Below are positions 22,587 to 32,138 of a stretch of 57,683 nt of DNA, one piece after another. The DNA is from an uncultured Bacteroidales bacterium (GTDB lineage: Bacteria; Bacteroidota; Bacteroidia; Bacteroidales; UBA1402), in NCBI GenBank assembly GCA_964488495.1, contig CAZAUQ010000006.1, forward strand, positions 1 through 57,683. Direction: 5' to 3'. The notes under the pieces are model-generated. The model had not been told where the DNA came from. It saw only the letters and a list, made by a program, of their open reading frames with translations, and ran no database searches. The first letter of the stretch is position 1. Each line of letters opens with the position of its first letter. The position numbers were made by a program, and so were the translations under genes.

Positions 22587-23609
22587 ATGGATAAGTATAT
22601 ACTGTTAGGTAAATCGTTTGACGAACTAAAAACCTGGACTGTTGCTCAGGGATTACCTTCGTATACTACCACTCAATTGTTTGAATGGATCTATCTCAAA
22701 TCGGCCAAAAGTTTTGATGAGATGACCAATCTTTCGCTTCAAAACAGAAGTCTGTTAAAGGAAAAGGCAGAACTTGGCTTATACCCGCCCATACAAAAAA
22801 GTAGTTCAAAAGACGGAACTGTTAAATATCTTTTTTCAAACACCGGAGGTTACGGAGTCGAAGCGGTTTTTATTCCTGAAAACGATCGTGCCACACTCTG
22901 TGTTTCATCGCAGGCAGGATGCAAGATGCATTGCGCTTTTTGTATGACAGGGCGCATGGGATTCAAGGCTCAGTTGTCGGCTGCCGAAATTCTCAATCAA
23001 GTCTTATCGCTGCCCGAAAGTGCCTCCTTGAGCAATATTGTTTTTATGGGTATGGGAGAGCCGGCAGATAATGTTGATGCCGTTATTCAAAGCCTGAATC
23101 TGCTAACTTCGCCCAGGGCTATGGCCTGGAGTCCAAAACGGATTACAGTTTCCAGTATTGGCGTGCTACCCGGCCTGAAACGCCTGTTGGACGAAACTCA
23201 GTGTCATATTGCCATCAGTCTGCATGCGGCAGATCCCGCTCAACGTCTGTCCTGGATGCCTGCTGAAAAGTCCTGGCCCTTGCTCTCAACCCTGGATTTG
23301 CTTAAGACTTACGATTTCAGTAAACAGCGTCGTTTGTCTTTTGAATATATTATGTTCAAAAACCTCAACGACCGTATCGAAGACGCCAAAGCTTTGCTCC
23401 GTACGTTGAACGGGCTCAGGTGTCGGATCAATCTGATACGTTTTCATGCTTTCCCCGAAAGCGAACTCAGGGGATCGGACGAAGAACAAATACAAACATT
23501 TGCTGCATACCTCAATAATAAAGGTTTACAAACTACTATCAGGCAATCCAGAGGAGAAGATGTGCAAGCTGCCTGCGGTATGCTGTCGAACTTGTATAAA
23601 TCTATTTAG
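22587..23609 (+). CDS. rlmN: 23S rRNA m2A2503 / tRNA methyltransferase RlmN (radical SAM)
   Basis: CVSSQAGCKMHCAFC (CxxxCxxC), MGMGEP and AACGML motifs. Confidence 0.95.
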   Translation: MDKYILLGKSFDELKTWTVAQGLPSYTTTQLFEWIYLKSAKSFDEMTNLSLQNRSLLKEKAELGLYPPIQKSSSKDGTVKYLFSNTGGYGVEAVFIPENDRATLCVSSQAGCKMHCAFCMTGRMGFKAQLSAAEILNQVLSLPESASLSNIVFMGMGEPADNVDAVIQSLNLLTSPRAMAWSPKRITVSSIGVLPGLKRLLDETQCHIAISLHAADPAQRLSWMPAEKSWPLLSTLDLLKTYDFSKQRRLSFEYIMFKNLNDRIEDAKALLRTLNGLRCRINLIRFHAFPESELRGSDEEQIQTFAAYLNNKGLQTTIRQSRGEDVQAACGMLSNLYKSI

Positions 23610-23699
23610 CTCACAATCTGAGTTTTATGTTTAATGACAAAAAGTCAGATGTTTTCTTAAAAAATCCGGAAAAGCTGCTGAAATACCGCAAAAGTATGC

Positions 23700-23707
23700 T
23701 ATTTTTG
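23700..23707 (+). promoter_or_regulatory. -7 box TATTTTTG for the DUF4837-pdxA operon
   Basis: TAnnTTTG 27 nt upstream of ATG 23735. Confidence 0.55.
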
Positions 23708-23734
23708 TCATTTAATGATTTAAAACTTTTGTAT

Positions 23735-24787
23735 ATGAACAGATTTGCCCGAATTTCCATTAAAACAATCCCTCTTTTGTTTTTGACGGTATTGTTGTTT
23801 TTTGTATCGTGCAAAGACAACACAATACGCAATCCCTTGGCTCCTTCTGCAGTAGGTACCCCTTGGGAAGTGCTTGTGGTGTTGGACAAGGAGTATTGGG
23901 ATACTCCGGCAGGTAAGAGTATTTTTTCTTTGCTTGACGAAGATATACCCGGCTTGCCCCGGCCAGAGCCGCGTTTTGTTATATCGCGTTGTGATGACAA
24001 AGAATTCACCGGTATTTTAAAACCGGTACGCAATATTATTCAGATTGAAATCTCCAATAAATACACCGAATCGAAACTGCATTATTATAAGGATATGTGG
24101 GCCAGTAATCAATATGTCCTGAAAATTGTTTCACCCGACGAGGAATTGTTTGTCTTTTTTGTGGAAAGAAATGAGGAGATGATAACCGGTTACTTTGAAT
24201 TGGCCGAAAGAGAGCGTTCTTTGCAATATATCCGTAAAACTCACAACCGAGAGTTTTCTGAAAAAGTGTATCAGCAATTTGGAATCAAAATCCTGGTACC
24301 CGGTTTTATGAAACTTAGTAAACAAGCTGACCAATTTTTCTGGGCTTCGAATTACAAAAACAAAAAACGCCAGGATATGGTGATTTATACCTATCCTTAT
24401 ACAGACAAGAACACCTTTACTCCCGAATACCTGAACGCCAAAAGAGATTCTGTGATGAAAATAAATATACCCGGAGGACCTGAAGGTTCCTACATGAGTA
24501 CTCAGAAGGCTGATCCACCTGTATTCCAAAGCATAAACATAAAAGGAAAATACGCTGCCGAAATCCGCGGTTTATGGGAAATCAAAGGTGATATTATGGG
24601 GGGGCCATTTGTAAGTCTGACCCGTTTGGACGAAGTTAATCAAAGAGTAGTGACAGTAGAGGTCTTTGTGTATGCTCCCGAAGAGGATAAACGAAATATC
24701 TTACGACACAACGAAGCCGCTTTGTATTCGTTGGAACTACCTGGAGAATTTGAAATTGAAATAGAAAAACAAAAAGAGCAGAAGTAA
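23735..24787 (+). CDS. DUF4837-family lipoprotein
   Basis: Starting at ATG 23735 gives a lipoprotein signal (LFFVSC); GLPRPEP, RGLW...DIMGGPFVS and VYAP..KR motifs; conserved between rlmN and pdxA. Confidence 0.75.
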   Translation: MNRFARISIKTIPLLFLTVLLFFVSCKDNTIRNPLAPSAVGTPWEVLVVLDKEYWDTPAGKSIFSLLDEDIPGLPRPEPRFVISRCDDKEFTGILKPVRNIIQIEISNKYTESKLHYYKDMWASNQYVLKIVSPDEELFVFFVERNEEMITGYFELAERERSLQYIRKTHNREFSEKVYQQFGIKILVPGFMKLSKQADQFFWASNYKNKKRQDMVIYTYPYTDKNTFTPEYLNAKRDSVMKINIPGGPEGSYMSTQKADPPVFQSINIKGKYAAEIRGLWEIKGDIMGGPFVSLTRLDEVNQRVVTVEVFVYAPEEDKRNILRHNEAALYSLELPGEFEIEIEKQKEQK

Positions 24788-25879
24788 ATGGAAAACAATA
24801 AGTTAAAAATAGGAATTACCCAAGGCGACATAAACAGCATATCTTACGAGGTTATTCTCAAGACCTTGATGGAATCCAAAGTTTATGAACCACATGCCGT
24901 AGTTCTTTATGGCTCGGCCAAAGTGGCGGCCTATCACAAAAAAGCATTAGATATTAACCAGTTAAATATTAATGTAATCAATTCTGCCAATGAAGCGGAA
25001 TGGGGAGCCGTTAACCTGATTAATTGTACAGACGAAGATGTAAAGGTAGAATTCGGTAAGTCTACCCCCATAGCCGGCAAGGCTTCTTTTCAAGCCCTGG
25101 AAGCTGCAGCGGCTGATATGAAAGCCGGTTTGATTGATGTGCTGGTGACGGGCCCCATCAATAAAAAGAATATTCAATCTTCAACCTTTCAATTTCCCGG
25201 CCACACGGAATATCTGGAACAGGTCTTAGGCAACGGGGACAAGGCTTTGATGTTTATGTTAAGCGATGTCTTACGTGTGGCTGTGGCAACTGGTCATATC
25301 GCTTTGTCCGAAGTGCCTTCGGCTTTGTCGGTTCCTCTCTTGCTGCAAAAAATCAAGTTGTTGGATCAGTCACTTAAAAAAGATTTTGGAGTGTCCAAAC
25401 CGCGCATTGCCGTACTTGCCCTGAATCCACATGCCGGCGAAGAAGGCTTGTTGGGCAGAGAAGAAATGGAAATAATAAGTCCGGCCATACAAAAAGCCCA
25501 GGATCAGGGGTATTATTGTTTTGGACCGATAGCAGCCGACGGTTTTTTTGGAAACGATTATTTTAGCCAGTACGATGCCATCCTGGCAATGTACCACGAT
25601 CAGGGGCTCATTCCTTTCAAAACCTTATGCCGCGACGAAGGGGTGAATTTTACCGCCGGTTTGCCCGTGGTACGTACTTCGCCGGCACACGGCACCGCAT
25701 ATGCACTGGCAGGTAACAACGTGGCTTCCGAAAGTTCTTTCAGATCTGCTTTGTACCTGGCCTGTGATATTTTTAAGAATCGTGTTCGTTATTTCGAAAA
25801 CAACAGCAATCCTCTCAAGAAACAACATATTGTCCATTCGGGCGATTTGTCCGATTTACCTGTTCAAGACGAAGAATAA
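24788..25879 (+). CDS. pdxA: 4-hydroxythreonine-4-phosphate dehydrogenase
   Basis: GITQGDIN, TGPINK, FPGHTEYL, LNPHAGE, AMYHDQGL and RTSPAHGTA motifs. Confidence 0.95.
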   Translation: MENNKLKIGITQGDINSISYEVILKTLMESKVYEPHAVVLYGSAKVAAYHKKALDINQLNINVINSANEAEWGAVNLINCTDEDVKVEFGKSTPIAGKASFQALEAAAADMKAGLIDVLVTGPINKKNIQSSTFQFPGHTEYLEQVLGNGDKALMFMLSDVLRVAVATGHIALSEVPSALSVPLLLQKIKLLDQSLKKDFGVSKPRIAVLALNPHAGEEGLLGREEMEIISPAIQKAQDQGYYCFGPIAADGFFGNDYFSQYDAILAMYHDQGLIPFKTLCRDEGVNFTAGLPVVRTSPAHGTAYALAGNNVASESSFRSALYLACDIFKNRVRYFENNSNPLKKQHIVHSGDLSDLPVQDEE

Positions 25880-27132
25880 TGGCTACAGTCGATTTATTGC
25901 AAGTTAAGCAACGTTTTGGCATCATAGGAAATGCAGCCGGTTTAAACCGGGCTATAGATGTGGCTTTTCAGGTTGCTGCGACCGATCTTTCCGTATTAAT
26001 TACAGGTGAAAGCGGGGTAGGAAAAGAGAGTTTTCCTCAGATTTTGCATCAATACAGTCACCGCAAACATGGTCCTTATATTGCCGTAAACTGCGGAGCG
26101 ATTCCAGAAGGTACCATTGACTCGGAATTGTTTGGACACGAAAAAGGTTCTTTTACCGGAGCACTGGCAGAACGCAAGGGATATTTCGAAGTTGCGGACG
26201 GAGGAACCATTTTTCTGGACGAAGTAGGAGAATTGCCCGTTCCCACACAGGCCCGTCTGCTCAGGGTGCTGGAATCGGGTGAGTTTATCCGGGTGGGTTC
26301 TTCCAAAATTCAAAAAACCAATGTCAGAATAGTGGCTGCTACCAACATTGATGTTGGCCAGGCAGTGCAATCAGGGCGCTTCAGAGAAGATTTGTATTAT
26401 CGTCTGAACACCGTACCCATCAAAATACCGCCTCTGCGTGAACGGGGCGAAGATGTCATTCGCCTGTTTCGGAAATTTGCGTCCGATTTTTCCGAAAAAT
26501 ACCGTATGCCCGCCATTCAACTCGAAGAAGAAGCCCGTCAGCTTTTGCTGACTTACCGTTGGCCGGGCAATATTCGTCAGCTGAAAAACATAACAGAGCA
26601 AATTTCAATTATTGAACGGCAACGCGAGATTACTGCAGAAATATTGGAGAAATACCTGCCCGAAAATTCCTTCGAAAAATCGCCGGCTATTTACAGAGGC
26701 CATCAAACTTCCAGTGAAGGCGCTTTTTTCAACAACGAAAGAGAAATATTATATCAGGTCTTGTTTGATATGAAAAAAGATATGCGCGATCTGAAAGTAC
26801 TGGTTCATGACCTGATGCAAAATGCCGGTATGGATGAAGGTTTGGCGCACAACAAGGACTTGATATATCCGGCCTATATTGATAAACCGACCGAACTGAT
26901 CAGTAAACGTGACGAAAGTTTGGCGGGCAAAAATGTGCACACCAAAGACATACCTCAGATTCAGGATGCTGCCGAGTATGTTGAGGAATCGCTTTCGTTG
27001 GATGAGCTCGAACGTGAAGCCATCAAAAAGGCCCTTGAACGCAACGGCGGCAAACGGAAAAACGCAGCTTCCGACCTGAATATTTCTGAAAGAACCCTAT
27101 ATCGCAAAATAAAGGAATACAACCTGGAGTGA
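25879..27132 (+). CDS. Sigma-54 interaction-domain AAA+ regulator with Fis-type HTH and no receiver domain
   Basis: Walker A GESGVGKE, SELFGHEKGSFTGA, TIFLDEVGE, RFREDLYYRL, WPGNIRQL; C-terminal HTH ISERTLYRKI. Confidence 0.92.
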   Translation: MATVDLLQVKQRFGIIGNAAGLNRAIDVAFQVAATDLSVLITGESGVGKESFPQILHQYSHRKHGPYIAVNCGAIPEGTIDSELFGHEKGSFTGALAERKGYFEVADGGTIFLDEVGELPVPTQARLLRVLESGEFIRVGSSKIQKTNVRIVAATNIDVGQAVQSGRFREDLYYRLNTVPIKIPPLRERGEDVIRLFRKFASDFSEKYRMPAIQLEEEARQLLLTYRWPGNIRQLKNITEQISIIERQREITAEILEKYLPENSFEKSPAIYRGHQTSSEGAFFNNEREILYQVLFDMKKDMRDLKVLVHDLMQNAGMDEGLAHNKDLIYPAYIDKPTELISKRDESLAGKNVHTKDIPQIQDAAEYVEESLSLDELEREAIKKALERNGGKRKNAASDLNISERTLYRKIKEYNLE

Positions 27133-27134
27133 TC

Positions 27135-27635
27135 ATGAAAACACGTCTTTTATTTCTTATTTTACTCTTGCTCCCGGCCTGTACTATTTCATATAAGTTC
27201 AATGCCGCTTCCATCGATTATACTACCATAAAGTCGATTTCAATTAAGGATTTTCCCAATCAGGCTGTACTGGTATATCCGCCTCTTTCCCAGAAATTTT
27301 CGGAAGGATTAAGGGATATCTATACACAGCAAACCAGGCTTAAGATTTTGAAACAAGACGGAGATCTGCGTCTGGAAGGCGAAATCACAGGCTATGAACT
27401 AAGCTCACTGGCGGCACAAGCCGATGGTTATGCGGCCGAAACTAAACTGACCGTCACGGTCAATGTGCGTTACGAGAACACCAAAAACGAAAAGGAAAAT
27501 TTTGAACAACGTTTCAGCGCTTTTCAAACTTTTAGCAGTACTTCCATGCTCGAAGACGTTCAGGATGCTCTTTTGGAGGAGATAATCAAAGAAATTACCG
27601 AAAGTATATTCAACAAAACGGTAGCCAATTGGTAA
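27135..27635 (+). CDS. lptE: LptE-family LPS assembly lipoprotein
   Basis: Lipobox LLLPAC; SIDY..IKSISIKDFPN, LEGEITGY and C-terminal IFNKTVANW. Confidence 0.8.
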   Translation: MKTRLLFLILLLLPACTISYKFNAASIDYTTIKSISIKDFPNQAVLVYPPLSQKFSEGLRDIYTQQTRLKILKQDGDLRLEGEITGYELSSLAAQADGYAAETKLTVTVNVRYENTKNEKENFEQRFSAFQTFSSTSMLEDVQDALLEEIIKEITESIFNKTVANW

Positions 27636-27636
27636 T

Positions 27637-28338
27637 ATGAGCCCCGAAACACTCAGGAACTGGATCGAAAATCCCGGTTTAATGGATCGTCACAGTCAGA
27701 GCGACCTTAAATTGCTTTTGCGAAACTACCCTTGTTTTGCGGGAGCTCAGGTTTTGCTTCTGAAAAACCTGGAGCAGGAGAGCGATTTGAATTTTTCGGA
27801 AGAAATGTTCAAAACCTCTTTGATGGTTCCAAACAGAAAGGCTTTGTATTATTTCATAAAGGAATTGCCTTATCCGCAGGAAACTGTCAGTACGACCAAT
27901 CAGGCTGATTTTGGACTGGTCGATCAATTTCTGGAAGAATACAGTGGCAGCGAAGAGCAACTTAAGGCCGAAATGCCCGATTATTTTTTGCTGAGTGCTC
28001 AACAAACCGGACAAATCCGCCAGCCCGATCCGGAAAGCAGCCTGTCCGAAAAACATTCGGATCAGGATCTGATTGATAAATTCCTGAATCAGCCTGCAGA
28101 ACATATACAAATGGACAAATCTTATGAGGAACCAGCACCGGAAACCGGCTCCTCTGATGAGTATCCTGAGTCTTCTTTTACCGAGACCCTGGCTAAAATC
28201 TACCTGAAACAGGGCAAATACGAAAAAGCTCTTGAAATATTCAACAAATTGTTATTGAAATATCCAGAAAAAAGTATTTACTTTGCAGACCAAATCCGAT
28301 TCTTAAATAAATTGATATATCATTTAAAAAATAATTAA
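27637..28338 (+). CDS. Conserved TPR-containing protein
   Basis: FTETLAKIYLKQGKYEKALEIF..L.LKYPEKSIYFADQI C-terminus; sits between lptE and secG. Confidence 0.75.
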   Translation: MSPETLRNWIENPGLMDRHSQSDLKLLLRNYPCFAGAQVLLLKNLEQESDLNFSEEMFKTSLMVPNRKALYYFIKELPYPQETVSTTNQADFGLVDQFLEEYSGSEEQLKAEMPDYFLLSAQQTGQIRQPDPESSLSEKHSDQDLIDKFLNQPAEHIQMDKSYEEPAPETGSSDEYPESSFTETLAKIYLKQGKYEKALEIFNKLLLKYPEKSIYFADQIRFLNKLIYHLKNN

Positions 28339-28339
28339 T

Positions 28340-28663
28340 ATGTACCTGGCCATCACTATTTTAATCTTTATTGTAGCCGTAGTTCTCATTCTTATCGTTC
28401 TGGTTCAAAACTCAAAAGGTGGCGGATTGGCCTCTGGCTTTGCCTCCTCTAATCAGGTAATGGGTGTGCGCAAGACTACCGATTTTTTGGAAAAGGCTAC
28501 CTGGACCTTGGTTGGTATTGTACTCCTCGGCAGTATTGTTTCTGCTGCATTCATAGATCGCACCACCGGTAATGAACGTCAGTCTGCTCTCAAAGAACAG
28601 GTAGAACAAGCCGTTGAAATGAATCCCAATCTGACTGCTCCCAGTTTTGAGGATGAAGAATAA
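28340..28663 (+). CDS. secG: Preprotein translocase subunit SecG
   Basis: VLVQNSKGGGLASGF, GVRKTTDFLEKATW; two TM helices. Confidence 0.93.
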   Translation: MYLAITILIFIVAVVLILIVLVQNSKGGGLASGFASSNQVMGVRKTTDFLEKATWTLVGIVLLGSIVSAAFIDRTTGNERQSALKEQVEQAVEMNPNLTAPSFEDEE

Positions 28664-28684
28664 GGGCTGATTTTATTATAGTAT

Positions 28685-28719
28685 AAAAGGGCGTCATCCG
28701 TAGGCTGGCTCCCTTTTTT
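28685..28719 (+). terminator. Probable intrinsic terminator after secG
   Basis: AAAAGGG-c-GTCA ... TGGC-t-CCCTTTTTT imperfect stem with T tract. Confidence 0.55.
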
Positions 28720-28722
28720 GTT

Positions 28723-28730
28723 TATTTTTG
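28723..28730 (+). promoter_or_regulatory. -7 box TATTTTTG for the ABC substrate-binding gene
   Basis: TAnnTTTGC 12 nt before ATG 28743; argues against the TTG 28728 start. Confidence 0.6.
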
Positions 28731-28742
28731 CAGCCTACTGAT

Positions 28743-29885
28743 ATGAAACACCTTGTATTTGGCCTTATTACGGTCGTTCTGCTGCTGAACTCCTGTGGTC
28801 ACCGTGGGGGTGGACAGGTCGTGTCCTGCAATGAAAAGCCCGATTCCGTAATGAGGCTGCATTACGCCCGTGGTTTTGAAGTCAGCTATTTTAGCGGCTA
28901 TACCAGAGTAGTGGTGTTTAATCCCTGGATCAACCAAGAGATCATGGCCCGTTACTATCTTTACAGGGAGGACAGTTGTTCTTTACCAAAAGACGGCCTG
29001 CAGATACGTATTCCCCTGAATTCGCTGGCCATAGCCTCCTGCACTCATGTGGCCTTTTTAGATTTACTCGACGAACTGGAGCTGATCAGGGGCGTATGCA
29101 ATGCCTCTATGGTTTATAATCCCCGTATGACAGAGGCCCTCAAAAAGGGAGAAGCGGCCGATTTGGGCGATGCCTTCCGCATCAACCGTGAAAAGTTGCT
29201 TCAGATACGTCCTCAGGCACTTATGGTCAGCGGCTACAATCAATACGACGAGCATTTAGAGGCAATTTCCCGTGCCGGTGTGTTTGTTATTTACAACAAC
29301 GAATGGATGGAACAAAACCTGCTGGCCAGAGCAGAATGGCTGCGTTATGTAGCCTGCTTTCTGGATAAAGACAAGCTGGCCGATTCGCTTTTCAGGCAGA
29401 CTGCAGTCAATTATTTGTATTTAAAAGAGTTGGCAACGAAGGCCCAGAGCCCCAATCCAGTCGTTATGCCTGGCGACAATTTCAGGGGCAGTTGGTACAT
29501 GCCAGGAGGCCTTAGTCATCAGGCTCAGCTGTTCAGAGATGCCGGTGCCTCTTATTTCTTCGAAAATGACAGTACTATCGGTAGTATTGCCCGCAGTTTT
29601 GAACAAGTCGTTAAGGATTTTAATCAGGCAGATATTTGGATAGGGGCCAGCAATGCCCGCAGTCTGAATGCTCTGTTGGCTTTGGATGAGCGTTATGCCT
29701 GGTTCAGGTCCGTACAGAATAAACAGGTATATGCTTATCAGGGAAGGCTTACTGCAGACGGGGCTAACGATTATTGGGAAAGTGCGGTGGTCCATCCGGA
29801 TTCCTTGTTGGCCGACTTTATAAAATTGTTTCATCCCGAACTTTTACCCGGGCATAAGTGGATCTATATAAATCAATTGCAATGA
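28743..29885 (+). CDS. BtuF/FepB-type (cobalamin or iron-chelate) ABC substrate-binding lipoprotein
   Basis: Lipobox LLLNSC; YARGF, EWME...LARAEW, WYMPGG and GANDYWESAVVHPD motifs. Confidence 0.85.
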   Translation: MKHLVFGLITVVLLLNSCGHRGGGQVVSCNEKPDSVMRLHYARGFEVSYFSGYTRVVVFNPWINQEIMARYYLYREDSCSLPKDGLQIRIPLNSLAIASCTHVAFLDLLDELELIRGVCNASMVYNPRMTEALKKGEAADLGDAFRINREKLLQIRPQALMVSGYNQYDEHLEAISRAGVFVIYNNEWMEQNLLARAEWLRYVACFLDKDKLADSLFRQTAVNYLYLKELATKAQSPNPVVMPGDNFRGSWYMPGGLSHQAQLFRDAGASYFFENDSTIGSIARSFEQVVKDFNQADIWIGASNARSLNALLALDERYAWFRSVQNKQVYAYQGRLTADGANDYWESAVVHPDSLLADFIKLFHPELLPGHKWIYINQLQ

Positions 29886-30886
29886 AACGCCCGACCCTTA
29901 TATTCGTGATTTTGTCTGTGTTGCTGTTGTTGCTGGCAATGGCCGATTTATATTGGGGAAGTATTGCCATACCGCTCAGGGATATTTTAGCTGCTTTTAG
30001 CCCGAAAGCATCCACTGGTGTTATGGGGGAAATTGTCCTGAATTATCGCTTGCCTAAAGTGCTGACCGCCATAGTGGCCGGTTCAGCTTTATCGGTATCT
30101 GGACTGATGATGCAGACTTTGTTCCGCAATCCTCTGGCCGGTCCTGATGTGCTGGGAGTGAACGCCGGAGCTAGTCTGGGCGTAGCTACGCTGACCATGT
30201 TTGCTTCCTCTTTTGGTGGTTTTGCTCTGGGCCTGGGTTCCTGGGGACTGATTTTAGCTGCCATTACAGGTGCTCTACTGGTTTTGTTGCTGGTGCTTTT
30301 TGTTTCTGCACGCATTCCAGATTTAGTCTCGCTGCTTATTGTGGGTATGATGTTTGGTAATATTTCCGGTGCTATAGTCAGTATGCTGCAAAGCCTGAGC
30401 AATCCTGATTTACTGAAAATATTTGTTGTATGGACTTTTGGCAGTTTAAGTGCTGTCACCTGGTCAATGATGCCGATACTGGTGTTGCTGGTTGCGATAG
30501 GCCTGATAATGGCTTATATGATGCAGAAAAACATGAACGCCATGCTTTTGGGAGAACGTTATGCCCAAGGCCTGGGCCTTAGGCTTAATGCCGTGAGGTT
30601 ATACATGATTTTGTCAACTGCTCTGTTAGCAGGCAGTGTTACAGCATTTGCCGGCCCCATTGCTTTTATCGGTATTACGGTACCTCACATTGCCCGCGGT
30701 TTGTTCAAAACCTGGGATCATAAGATCTTACTGCCTGCCGTTATGCTCTGTGGCTCTATTTTGTTGATAGCCTGTGATCTGGTTGCTCAATCGGCCGTAT
30801 TCAACAACAGCTTGCCCATCAATGCCGTAACCGCTTTAATCGGAGCTCCGTTGATTATTTGGATTATTCTGAAGAACAACAAGTAA
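29882..30886 (+). CDS. BtuC/FecCD-family ABC permease
   Basis: ATGA overlap with the upstream stop; RLPK, GLMMQTLFRNPLAGPDVLGV and GPIAFIGITVPH motifs; multiple TM helices. Confidence 0.92.
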   Translation: MKRPTLIFVILSVLLLLLAMADLYWGSIAIPLRDILAAFSPKASTGVMGEIVLNYRLPKVLTAIVAGSALSVSGLMMQTLFRNPLAGPDVLGVNAGASLGVATLTMFASSFGGFALGLGSWGLILAAITGALLVLLLVLFVSARIPDLVSLLIVGMMFGNISGAIVSMLQSLSNPDLLKIFVVWTFGSLSAVTWSMMPILVLLVAIGLIMAYMMQKNMNAMLLGERYAQGLGLRLNAVRLYMILSTALLAGSVTAFAGPIAFIGITVPHIARGLFKTWDHKILLPAVMLCGSILLIACDLVAQSAVFNNSLPINAVTALIGAPLIIWIILKNNK

Positions 30887-31580
30887 GGAGATAATCCTCT
30901 TGAATGAAATAGTCGATGTTAAAACGGATTTGTTTCGGGAAGTAACAGGCTTTGAAATTCCCTTGCTTGTTTTGAAGGAAATATTTGGACAAGCAAGGCT
31001 CTCCCATTATGGAATGGTCCCCTGTTGTGAATTTGTCTCCCCAATTCATTCCGCAAAAATCTACTCCCAAATCCTGCTTAAAATCAAGACCAGGAATATC
31101 CAGGGCTTTGTACATGGCTTCTTTGGCACACCAATGAAGGTACAACAAAATCAGTTCTTCTTTGGATGAATAAGCCTGTTTTGCAAATATATGGTGGAGT
31201 AGGCTCTCTTCTTCATCGTTCAAAAACCTGGATCGGATTTTTAGTATCCTATTCGAATATTCTTCAATATCTATACCTGTACGACATTGCTTACTAATCA
31301 TAAAAGCAGCATAATGACGGGAATGACTGATGCTGATATGTGTTTCGGGCATACTCTTCAACAGAGGCCTGCCCGAAACAGAGTAATCAATTTCTAACGG
31401 ATCAACTCCCATAGCCAGAGCCAGTTTCCGTACGGAAACAAATTCCAGCTTTCTGTGCGTTGCTTTAAATTCCGGTACGGGAAAGTTGGGCTTCACAGTG
31501 TCGATGCCTTGCTGCTCTGTGTCCATTTTCCAGATACCGAAGCGGTAAGTGTTCAAGTCTCCTGCATAAACCAGGCTCAT
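30864..31580 (-). CDS. 4'-phosphopantetheinyl transferase superfamily protein (Sfp-like)
   Basis: SGRP, HISISHS, GIDIE and WCAKEAMYK motifs. Confidence 0.88.
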   Translation of the reverse strand: MSLVYAGDLNTYRFGIWKMDTEQQGIDTVKPNFPVPEFKATHRKLEFVSVRKLALAMGVDPLEIDYSVSGRPLLKSMPETHISISHSRHYAAFMISKQCRTGIDIEEYSNRILKIRSRFLNDEEESLLHHIFAKQAYSSKEELILLYLHWCAKEAMYKALDIPGLDFKQDLGVDFCGMNWGDKFTTGDHSIMGEPCLSKYFLQNKQGNFKACYFPKQIRFNIDYFIQEDYLLTCCSSE

Positions 31581-31594
31581 GTGTTTATGCTTTG

Positions 31595-32077
31595 TTAAAA
31601 GGGAAGGTCGTCTGCATCATCAGCAGGATTGTTTTGACCTGGATCAACCAGAGGAGCAGATGCAAGTGGGGGATTTGCCGCTGAGGGATCGGCTGAGCCG
31701 CTGTCTGCGGGAGCAGGGTTATTCCCTTCGGCCTGATTTTGCTGACGACGTCCCAGTAATTCAATGTTTTCGGCCACTATCTCTGTGGTGTAACGAGTCT
31801 GGCCGTTTTTGTCTTCCCAGGTCCGGTAGGTGATTTTGCCTTCGACGAAAAGCTGGGAGCCCTTGCGAATGTATTTTTCGGCCAGTTCGGCCAAACCTCT
31901 CCAGGCTACTACGTTGTGCCATTCAGCTCGTTCAGGAACCACTGTCCCGTTTGCCAGTGTATAACCTCTTTCTGTGGTAGCCAGTGAAAATCTGGCAACG
32001 GAAACACCATTATCGAGATAACGGACGTCGGGGTCTTTACCCACATTGCCCAGTAGAATAATTTTGTTAATAGACAT
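31595..32077 (-). CDS. ssb: Single-stranded DNA-binding protein
   Basis: NKIILLGNVGKDP, EWHNVV, KGSQLFVEGKI; acidic tail DDLPF. Confidence 0.97.
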   Translation of the reverse strand: MSINKIILLGNVGKDPDVRYLDNGVSVARFSLATTERGYTLANGTVVPERAEWHNVVAWRGLAELAEKYIRKGSQLFVEGKITYRTWEDKNGQTRYTTEIVAENIELLGRRQQNQAEGNNPAPADSGSADPSAANPPLASAPLVDPGQNNPADDADDLPF

Positions 32078-32138
32078 AATTGTTAGATTTTAAGTGTGTT
32101 TTACTTTTGCATTAGTCGAATGAATTTACATTCGAGTC

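Noticed and set aside
28664-28742. Cobalamin riboswitch upstream of the BtuF-like gene
   Set aside because: The spacer is only 79 nt, is filled by a terminator and promoter, and has no B12-box.
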